64,000 nucleotides of DNA, taken from assembly GCA_035697515.1 (NCBI GenBank), contig DASSCS010000134.1, positions 15,286 through 79,285 on the forward strand, in the 5' to 3' direction. The notes beneath the pieces are model-generated. The model searched no databases. It was not told where the DNA came from and worked only from the letters and a program-made list of their open reading frames with translations. Of this stretch, positions 57,401-64,000 are shown one piece after another. The stretch is from Acidimicrobiales bacterium (lineage in GTDB: Bacteria > Actinomycetota > Acidimicrobiia > Acidimicrobiales > VFJN01). Numbering within the stretch: the stretch's first letter is position 1; every line of letters starts with the position of its first letter. Position numbers and translations under genes: made by a program.

Positions 57401-57673
57401 TTCAGCCGCCTCGGCTACTCGGTCGACGACAAGGTGCTCGCCCAGGTCACCACCACGCTCGGCACCATCGTCGCCGGGATCGAGCGGGGCGCCTTCCCCG
57501 CCCACCCGATCGAGTCGTTCCCGCCCTACATCCCCTGCCCCTACTGCGACCCCGACGGCATGGGCGTCGCCGAGCTGCGCCGGGGCTGGCAGGCGATGCG
57601 CGACGACCCCGGGGTCGTCGCCTACGCCGAGCTGGTCGAGCCCCGCGAGGTCGCCGAGGTGGCCGCGTCATGA
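54458..57673 (+). CDS. AddB-like protein: degenerate helicase-like N-terminus plus PD-(D/E)XK nuclease
   Basis: No Walker A; SSTRLEGWAKCPFAYF, RGSLVHEVL, GSADRID, VVLDYKTG, LQLVVY, CPYC; predicted leaderless GTG 54458 (ORF track start 54428). Confidence 0.8.
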   Translation: MPFQVATTAYGRPALAALRDAVAAAKGGDPLAPVTVVVASNHVGVTARRLLAAGALGPVTPGQVGVAAVGFVTAYRLAELLGSAALAAAGRRPVSTPVVAAALRRALDERPGIFAPVAAHPATEQALVAAYTELSDVSEDGWAALAAGGRRPRDVVRICRRARELLAPDWYDEADLTASAIAQVDAGTQAGAGAGAGGLAAELGHVVVHLPQDLLQRQAGLLAALARRVPATVIVGVTGRWGADAGVARSLARLGVEPPPGLATAEAGAAPAATPTPLPPPPPLPVSVESTRIVTASDADDEVRAAVRAVVDAARDGAPLDRIAILFGSAVPYGRLVHEHLAAAGIARNGAAVRPLAASALGRTLLDVLALADHDFRRADVMGLLARAAEGSADAPTAAWERITRQAGVVAGRSDWDNLLDRAAHQSEVQAAKLGDSADDRDLAAARFPRLQAERARRLRELVLALVDGVAAAQARPAPWAERVAWLRALVTLVAGGDVARRAWPADEVRAADKVDAALDRLATLDAVDGPAPLAVFRRTLEVELDADLGRVGRFGEGVLVGPLSFAVGLDLDLVIVVGMAEGTLPAPVHDDALLTDADRGRALGQLDLRRQRVGRDHRRVLAALAAARRQVLCLPRGDLRASSARVPSRWLAEVASQLAGERVPTDAIVGFRAPWLEDVPSFAHAVRHRPFPATGQEYRLRAGARGAPDDRTEQGAAVIRARRSPVFTRFDGNLAGVGVPSPHDSVVSSTRLEGWAKCPFAYFAERLLEVAPVEDPAQQLEMSALVRGSLVHEVLEQFITEVVARPPERQPGPDQLWSADDHALIRRIAQQLCDDYEGRGLTGRPVFWRRDRAQIVALADRFLFDDDAKRRAARSRPLAAEHTFGFGDGAPPVEITLDDGRVLRFRGSADRIDVTDDGGLVVLDYKTGRADDYRRLSAENPDDGGTRLQLVVYAQAARAFAGRPDAPVTSEYWFVSDRGGFSRLGYSVDDKVLAQVTTTLGTIVAGIERGAFPAHPIESFPPYIPCPYCDPDGMGVAELRRGWQAMRDDPGVVAYAELVEPREVAEVAAS

Positions 57674-60600
57674 CGACCGAGCTGTTCCCTTCGGCGCCGG
57701 GCGAGGTGCCGCCCGCTGACGCGGCCTGGCAGCCACCCGACCAGGCCGCCCGCGACCGCATCCACCACCGGCTCGACGAGACGCTCTTCGTGCAGGCCGG
57801 CGCGGGCTCGGGCAAGACGCGGGCGCTGGTCGAGCGCATCGTCAGCCTCGTCACCACCGGCACCGCGGGCCTCGACGCGCTGGCGGCCATCACCTTCACC
57901 GAGAAGGCGGCGGCCGAGCTGCGCGACCGGGTGCGGCGCCGGCTCGACGCCGAGCGCGAGCGGGCTGCGCGCCGTCCCGACGACGCGGCGGTGCAGCGCT
58001 GCACGGCGGCATTGGGCGACCTCGACAGCGCCGCCATCGGCACGCTGCACAGCTACGCGCGGCGACTGCTCACCGAGCACCCCATCGAGGCGGGCCTGCC
58101 GCCGCGCATCGAGGTGCTCGACGACGTGGCCTCGGCGGTGGCCTTCGACGATCGCTGGGCGCTGTTCCTCGACCAGCTCTTGGCCGACCCGGCCGTCGAG
58201 GGGCCGCTGCTCCTCGCCACCGCCGCTGGTGTGCGGACGGCTCACCTGCGCCTCATCGCCCTGGCGTTCAACCAGAACTGGGACCTCGTCCACGACCACG
58301 CCCCCGCCGAGGCCGCCGAGGTCGGCCCGTGGCACGACGAGCTGACGGCCCTGCTCGACGACGTCGACGCGGCGACCGCCGAGCGCCACCACTGCTGCGA
58401 GGACGACGACCGGCTGGTGGCCCAGCTCGCCGAGCTCGAGCTGTGGTCGCGCCGGGTCCGCGGCGCCAGCGACGAGCTCACACGGCTGGCGCTGCTGCGC
58501 CCCGGCAGCGGGCGTCCCCGCCCGAGCGCGAACGGGCGCAAGGACAACTGGCCGGGCTACGACGTCGCCGCGCTCAAGGAGCGCTACAACTCGTTCGGCC
58601 CCCGCATCGACGCCCTGCGCAACCGGGTCGCCGACGAAGCGGTGAGGCGGCTGGCGGTCGAGCTGCGCCGCTTCACACTGGACGCGGCCGGCGAGCGGCG
58701 CGCCGCGGGCGAGCTCGAGTTCCACGACCTGCTCGTGCTCGCCCGCCAGATGCTGCGCGACCCCGATCACGGTCCGGCGGTCCGGGCGTCGCTGCACCGG
58801 CGCTACCGCCACCTGCTCATCGACGAGTTCCAGGACACCGACCCGATCCAGGTCGAGCTCGCGGTGCTCATCGCGGGCGGGGGCGACGACGAGGGCGCCG
58901 AGGGCGCCGCGGCGGGCACCGCCCACTGGAGCGAGGTCGAGACCCGCGACGGCCACCTGTTCTTCGTGGGCGACCCGAAGCAGTCGATCTACCGCTTCCG
59001 GCGAGCCGACATCTCGCTGTTCCTCCAAGCCGCCGCGCGGTTCGGGGCCCGCGGCCGGTCGCTGTCGCTCACCACCAACTTCCGCACGGGCGAGACGATC
59101 ATCGACCTGGTCAACGCCACCTTCGCCGAGCTCATCCGCGAGCAGCGCCACGGTGACCTGCCCTCGCAGCCGGCGTACCAGGCGTTCACCGCGGTGCGGG
59201 CCGACGCCCCGCACGGGCCGCCGGTGGTGGTGCTCGGCGCCGAGGCCCATCCCGGCAAGCCCAACGCCGCCGAGGTGCGGCGACGCGAGTCGGCCGACGT
59301 GGCCGCCGCCATCGCCCGCATCGTCGACGAGGGCTGGCTGGTCGACCGAGCGCCGCACGGACCGGTGCGCGACTGGCGGCCCGCTCGCGCCGGCGACATC
59401 ACCATCCTGGTGCCCACCCGCACGTCGCTTCCCGCCCTCGAGGACGCCCTCGTCGCGGCCGGCATCTCGTACCGGGCCGAGTCGGCGTCGCTGGTCTACG
59501 CCAGCCGGCTCGTGCGCGACCTGCTGCTCACGCTCCAGGCGATCGACGACCCCAGCGACGAGCTTGCCACCGTCGCCGCGCTGCGCTCGCCGCTGTTCGC
59601 GTGCGGCGACGACGACCTGTACCGCTTCCACCGCGACCACGGGGGCAGCTTCGACCACACGCGGGCGCTTCCAGCGTCGGTGCCGGCCGGCGACCAGGTC
59701 GCTGCGGGCCTCGCCTACCTGCACGACATGCACCAGGCCCGGCGCTGGCTCTCGCCGAGCGAGCTGGCCGACCAGGTGGTGCGGGAGCGGCGGGTGCTCG
59801 AGCTGGGCGAGGCGGAGGGTCGGGCGCGCGACCTGTGGCGCCGGGTGCGCTTCGTGCTCGACCAGGCCCGGGCCTGGACCGAGGCCACCAACGGCACCCT
59901 GCGCCAGTACCTGGCGTGGGTGCGGCAGCAGACCGCCGAGGGCAGCCGGGTCTCCGAGGCGGTGCTGCCCGAGACCGACGACGACGCCGTGCGCATCATG
60001 ACGGTGCATGCGGCCAAGGGCCTCGAGTTTCCCGTCACCATCGTCGCCGGCCTCTCGACGCAGCCGCAGAACCGGCGGGCCGGCGCCGAGGTGGTGTGGC
60101 CGCCCGGCCAGGAGTGCATCATCCGCATCGGCCAGACGGTGCGCACCGAGGCGTTCGACGCCTGGAAGCCGATCGACGAGCAGATGTCGCACGACGAGCG
60201 CATCCGCCTGCTGTACGTGGCGTGCACCCGCGCCCAGGACCACCTGGTCGTCTCGCTCCATCGCAAGCAGCGCCCGGCCCCCGACGACGACGCACGACTG
60301 ACCAGCGCCGAGCTGGTGACCAAGGCCCTGGGCCACCGCTTGGCGGACCTTCCGACCATCGCCGCCGACCCGACGCCGGGCCCAGCCCACCCCGACACCG
60401 GCGCGGCGGGTTCCGAGGGCGAGACGGCGACCGGGGCCGTGACGGATCGGAGCGATGAGGCGACCGGTGCCGTGCCCGGCGCCACGGCCGGGGCCGCCGA
60501 GGCCGGGCCGGCTGGCGAGGGCGACGACCTGCTGCCCTTCGACGAGTGGCGGCGCCAACGGGACACGGCCCTCGCCGCCAGCGGGCGCCCGCGCACGGTC

Positions 60601-61245
60601 GCCGCCACCGCCCTGACCGCCGAGGGCACTCCCGACGCCGTCGCCGATCACGGTCTGCACAAGCGGCCCCGCGACCTCGACCTCCCCCCGTGGCAGAAGG
60701 GACGCTACGGCTCGGCCATCGGGCGGGCCGTCCACGGTGTCATGCAGACGGTCGACCTCCGCACGGGACGGGGAGCGGCCGAGGCGGCCGCCGCGCAGGC
60801 TGCGGCCGAGGGGGTGATCGGCCACGAGGCGCGGGTGCGAGCGCTGGTCGACGCGGCGCTGGCCTCGCCCACCGTGCGGCAGGCCGCGGACAGTCCCCAC
60901 TGGCGCGAGCTCTACGTCGGCGTGCCGCTGGGGGGCGGCCGCACGCTCGAGGGCTACGTCGACCTGCTCTACCGCCGACCCGACGGGCTGGTCGTCGTCG
61001 ACTACAAGACCGGGCCGGCCGGCCTCGACGCCGACCTCGACCCGCTCGTCGCCCGCTACCGCGCCCAGGGGGCGTCGTACGCCCTGGCGGTCGCCGACGC
61101 GACCGGCGAGACCGTCGCCGACGTGGTGTTCGTGTTCCTCACCGCCGAGGGGGCCGTCGACCGCTCCCTGCCCGGGCTCGAGCAGGCGGTCGACGAGGTG
61201 CGCCGCCTGGCGGCGGCCGACGACGACTCGCTGGTCGTGACATGA
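57670..61245 (+). CDS. AddA-like UvrD/SF1A helicase with C-terminal RecB-family nuclease
   Basis: AGAGSGKT, ITFTEKAA, DEFQDT, VGDPKQSIYRFR, TVHAAKGLEF, RLLYVACTRA, GYVDLL...VVDYKTG. Confidence 0.9.
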   Translation: MTTELFPSAPGEVPPADAAWQPPDQAARDRIHHRLDETLFVQAGAGSGKTRALVERIVSLVTTGTAGLDALAAITFTEKAAAELRDRVRRRLDAERERAARRPDDAAVQRCTAALGDLDSAAIGTLHSYARRLLTEHPIEAGLPPRIEVLDDVASAVAFDDRWALFLDQLLADPAVEGPLLLATAAGVRTAHLRLIALAFNQNWDLVHDHAPAEAAEVGPWHDELTALLDDVDAATAERHHCCEDDDRLVAQLAELELWSRRVRGASDELTRLALLRPGSGRPRPSANGRKDNWPGYDVAALKERYNSFGPRIDALRNRVADEAVRRLAVELRRFTLDAAGERRAAGELEFHDLLVLARQMLRDPDHGPAVRASLHRRYRHLLIDEFQDTDPIQVELAVLIAGGGDDEGAEGAAAGTAHWSEVETRDGHLFFVGDPKQSIYRFRRADISLFLQAAARFGARGRSLSLTTNFRTGETIIDLVNATFAELIREQRHGDLPSQPAYQAFTAVRADAPHGPPVVVLGAEAHPGKPNAAEVRRRESADVAAAIARIVDEGWLVDRAPHGPVRDWRPARAGDITILVPTRTSLPALEDALVAAGISYRAESASLVYASRLVRDLLLTLQAIDDPSDELATVAALRSPLFACGDDDLYRFHRDHGGSFDHTRALPASVPAGDQVAAGLAYLHDMHQARRWLSPSELADQVVRERRVLELGEAEGRARDLWRRVRFVLDQARAWTEATNGTLRQYLAWVRQQTAEGSRVSEAVLPETDDDAVRIMTVHAAKGLEFPVTIVAGLSTQPQNRRAGAEVVWPPGQECIIRIGQTVRTEAFDAWKPIDEQMSHDERIRLLYVACTRAQDHLVVSLHRKQRPAPDDDARLTSAELVTKALGHRLADLPTIAADPTPGPAHPDTGAAGSEGETATGAVTDRSDEATGAVPGATAGAAEAGPAGEGDDLLPFDEWRRQRDTALAASGRPRTVAATALTAEGTPDAVADHGLHKRPRDLDLPPWQKGRYGSAIGRAVHGVMQTVDLRTGRGAAEAAAAQAAAEGVIGHEARVRALVDAALASPTVRQAADSPHWRELYVGVPLGGGRTLEGYVDLLYRRPDGLVVVDYKTGPAGLDADLDPLVARYRAQGASYALAVADATGETVADVVFVFLTAEGAVDRSLPGLEQAVDEVRRLAAADDDSLVVT

Positions 61246-63329
61246 GCACTGCCGCCGTCGCGGTCGGCGAGTCCGGCACCGGCACCGTCGTGGCCGGGAA
61301 CACCGGGGTCCGCCGGGTCGGGGGTGGCGTCGGGCTACCGTCGCCTGCCGTGCCTCCCGACGACGTGCCCGCTGCGCTCGCGCGCGTCGTCCGCGCCCTG
61401 CCCGGTGGCGGCGAGGCCCGCCCGGGTCAGGCCGAGATGGCCGGCGCGATCGCGGAATCGATCACCGCGGGCCGCCACCTGGTGGTGCGGGCGGGCACGG
61501 GCACCGGCAAGACGCTCGGGTACCTGGTGCCGGCCATCCTGTCCGGGCGACGGGTCGTCGTCGCCACCGCCACCCGGGCGCTGCAGGACCAGTTGGCCGC
61601 CAAGGACCTGCCCTTCCTCGACCGCGCGCTCGAGCGCCCGTTCACCTGGGCCGTGCTGAAGGGCCGGTCCAACTACGTCTGTGTGCAGCGCCTCGCCGAG
61701 CTGAGCCCGGCGAGCGCCGCTGACGCCGCCCACGCCGGCGCGACGACGGGCACGCTCGTCGGCATGCCCGCACGCGCCGAGCACGCCGGCGCCCCGGCGC
61801 AGCTCGCCCTCGACGGACTGGCCGAGCGGGCCGACCCGGCCGAGCTGGCGGCCCTCGCCGCTTGGGCCGCCACGACCGAGACCGGCGACCGGGCCGATCT
61901 CGACACCGAACCGAGCGATGCCGCCTGGTCGGCCGTCAGCACCACCTCCCGGGACTGCCCCGGCGCCCAGCGCTGCCCCCGGGGCGACCGATGCTTCACC
62001 GAAGCGGCGCGGGCCCGGGCGGCGCAGGCCGACGTCGTGGTGGTCAACCTCCACCTCTACGGGCTCGACCTGGCCAGCGACGGCGCCATCCTGCCCGAGC
62101 ACGACGTGACGGTCATCGACGAGGCCCACGTCGTCGACGACATCATCTCGGCCACCACCGGCGTCGAGGTGGGGCCCGGCCGGTTCACCCACCTGGGTCG
62201 GCTGCTGCGGGGCATCCTGGCCGAGGCCGGCGACACCATCAGCGGCGTGCACGACTCCGCCGGCGTGCTCACCGGCGCCCTCGCCCCCCACCGCGAGCAG
62301 CGCCTGACCGTCCCGCTGCCCGACGCCCTCACGGGGGCGCTCGCCGCGCTGCGACGGCGGGTCGAGCAGGCCCAGGCGGCGCTGCGCAACATCCCCGACT
62401 CGGCGGCCGACGACGTGACCGCCCGGGCCGTCCGGGCCCGCCAGGCGGCCACCGCACTGCTCGACGACCTCGACGCCGTCTCGGAGCCCGGCGACGAGCA
62501 CGTGCTGTTCGTCACCGGCCCCGAGCACGCCCCTGCGCTCCGGCTGGCGCCGCTCGACGTCGCCGGGCTGCTGCGCGACCGGCTGTGGTCGCGCCGCCCC
62601 GCCGTGCTCACCAGCGCCACGCTGGCGCCGGGGTTCGGGCCCCACCTCGGGCTCCCTCAGCGGGCCGACGAGCTGCTCGATGTCGGCAGCCCGTTCGACT
62701 ACCCCGCCAACGGGCTGATCTACTGCGCCGCCCGGCTGCCGCGCCCCACCGATCCCCGCTGGTCCGACGCCGCCATCGACGAGCTCGCCGCGCTGGTCGA
62801 CGCTGCCGGCGGGCGCACGCTCGCGCTGTTCACGAGCTACAAGGCGATGCACCGGGCGGTCGAGACGCTGCGCCCCCGGCTCCCCCACCCCCTGCTGGCA
62901 CAGGGCGACCTGCCCAAGGCGGCGCTCGTCGCCCGGTTCGCCCGCGAGCCCGAGACGTGCCTGTTCGCCACCATGAGCTTCTGGCAGGGCATCGACGTGC
63001 CCGGCGAGTCGCTGTCACTCGTCACCATCGACCGGTTGCCGTTCCCCCGCCCCGACGACCCGCTGCTACAGGCCCGCCGCGAGCACGCCGGCCCCGGCGC
63101 GTTCGTCACCATTGACGTGCCCCGCGCCGCCACGTTGCTGGCCCAGGGCGCCGGCCGCCTCATCCGCACGTCGACCGACCGGGGCGTGGTGGCAGTGCTC
63201 GATCCCCGCCTGGCCACCGCCCGCTACGGCCCCAAGATCGTGGCCACGCTGCCCAAGATGCGCCGCACCCGCGATCGGGCCGAGGCCGAGCAGTTCCTGC
63301 ACGACCTCCGGGTGCACCCCGCCGCCTGA
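61242..63329 (+). CDS. dinG: ATP-dependent DNA helicase, DinG/YoaA family with 4Fe-4S motif
   Basis: RPGQ, AGTGTGKT, KGRSNYVC...DCPGAQRCPRGDRCF, IDEAH, TSATL, FWQGIDVPG, QGAGRLIR. Confidence 0.88.
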   Translation: MSTAAVAVGESGTGTVVAGNTGVRRVGGGVGLPSPAVPPDDVPAALARVVRALPGGGEARPGQAEMAGAIAESITAGRHLVVRAGTGTGKTLGYLVPAILSGRRVVVATATRALQDQLAAKDLPFLDRALERPFTWAVLKGRSNYVCVQRLAELSPASAADAAHAGATTGTLVGMPARAEHAGAPAQLALDGLAERADPAELAALAAWAATTETGDRADLDTEPSDAAWSAVSTTSRDCPGAQRCPRGDRCFTEAARARAAQADVVVVNLHLYGLDLASDGAILPEHDVTVIDEAHVVDDIISATTGVEVGPGRFTHLGRLLRGILAEAGDTISGVHDSAGVLTGALAPHREQRLTVPLPDALTGALAALRRRVEQAQAALRNIPDSAADDVTARAVRARQAATALLDDLDAVSEPGDEHVLFVTGPEHAPALRLAPLDVAGLLRDRLWSRRPAVLTSATLAPGFGPHLGLPQRADELLDVGSPFDYPANGLIYCAARLPRPTDPRWSDAAIDELAALVDAAGGRTLALFTSYKAMHRAVETLRPRLPHPLLAQGDLPKAALVARFAREPETCLFATMSFWQGIDVPGESLSLVTIDRLPFPRPDDPLLQARREHAGPGAFVTIDVPRAATLLAQGAGRLIRTSTDRGVVAVLDPRLATARYGPKIVATLPKMRRTRDRAEAEQFLHDLRVHPAA

Positions 63330-63369
63330 CTCCCACTCCGGCCTGCGGATCGGCGGGCCCGCCGCAGCT

Positions 63370-64000
63370 CTAGAACCCCAGGCGGTCGAGCGAGCCGGGG
63401 CGGCGCTGCCAGTCCTTGTCGACCTTGACGTGCAGCTCGAGGTACGCGCCCTCGGGCAGCTGCTCGCGCACCGCCGTCCCCACCTGCTTGAGCACGGCAC
63501 CCTTGCGGCCGATCACGATGCCCTTCTGCGACTCGCGCTCGACCAGGATCTCGCAGCGGATGACCGGCCACTCCCACTCGGTGACCCGGGTCGCGATCGA
63601 GTGCGGCAGCTCCTCGCGTGTGATCGCCAGCAGCTGCTCGCGCACAAGCTCGGCGACGTGGAACGCCTCGGGCACGTCGGTCACCATGCCCTCGGGGAAG
63701 TAGCGCGGGCCTTCGGGAAGGCGCGCCACCAGGTGCTCCACCAGAGCGTCGACGCCCTCGCCCGTGCGGGCCGACACCGGGAAGTACTCCGACAGGTCGA
63801 GCTCGGCGGCGGCCCGCAGCTGCTCGAGCACCTGCGAGGGTCGGGCGGCGTCGACCTTGTTGACCACGACCACCGCGTCGTGCGGCACCCGGCCGGCCAC
63901 CCAGCGGTCGCCCCGCCCCAGGGGCTGGGTGGCGTCGATCACGAACGCCACGACGTCGACGTCGCCGATCGTCGAGGTTGCCGCTGTGTTGAGCCGCTCG
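63370..64000 (-). CDS. era: GTPase Era, 5' end outside the window
   Basis: NKVD (G4), VSARTG (G5), KH domain REELPHS...SQKGIVIGRKG..LKQVG. Confidence 0.95.
   Translation of the reverse strand, partial: ERLNTAATSTIGDVDVVAFVIDATQPLGRGDRWVAGRVPHDAVVVVNKVDAARPSQVLEQLRAAAELDLSEYFPVSARTGEGVDALVEHLVARLPEGPRYFPEGMVTDVPEAFHVAELVREQLLAITREELPHSIATRVTEWEWPVIRCEILVERESQKGIVIGRKGAVLKQVGTAVREQLPEGAYLELHVKVDKDWQRRPGSLDRLGF

Noticed and set aside
54458-63329. Helicase-nuclease cluster read as an anti-phage or type IV CRISPR (CasDinG) system
   Set aside because: No cas genes, array, methylase or mobile context; it sits among housekeeping genes with a housekeeping-type promoter, so DNA repair is the simpler reading.

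Overview
High-GC actinobacterial chromosome segment, probably class Acidimicrobiia (inference from the dnaG-rpoD pair with sigma region 1.1, alpha2-type GlyRS and the general gene set). The right three-quarters (19-64 kb) carry a conserved minus-strand backbone: era ... uppS-recO ... glyQS ... ppdK ... dnaG-rpoD-tRNA-Asn-tRNA-Ile2. Interleaved modules are three ABC-2-type exporters, MMPL/MarR, a TerC gene under a clear yybP-ykoY (Mn2+) riboswitch, a SARP/AfsR regulator with an acyl-CoA dehydrogenase target, an ECF sigma with a frameshifted anti-sigma-like gene, and a translationally coupled AddB-like/AddA-like/DinG operon. The left ~19 kb lies at the tRNA 3' ends and looks like an old accessory island: a ~1590-aa multi-domain lipoprotein, a GT-C glycosyltransferase, redox/detox genes, an IS256 scar and pseudogenes. 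I found no CRISPR array, rRNA, intact prophage or integrase. The most unusual signals are a MarR with an 11-mer amphipathic repeat tail whose stop codon doubles as the predicted dnaG -10 box, the AddAB-DinG operon with an incomplete Fe-S motif, and a PPDK lacking the regulatory Thr. All family calls come from motif recognition by eye; no database search or computation was run.
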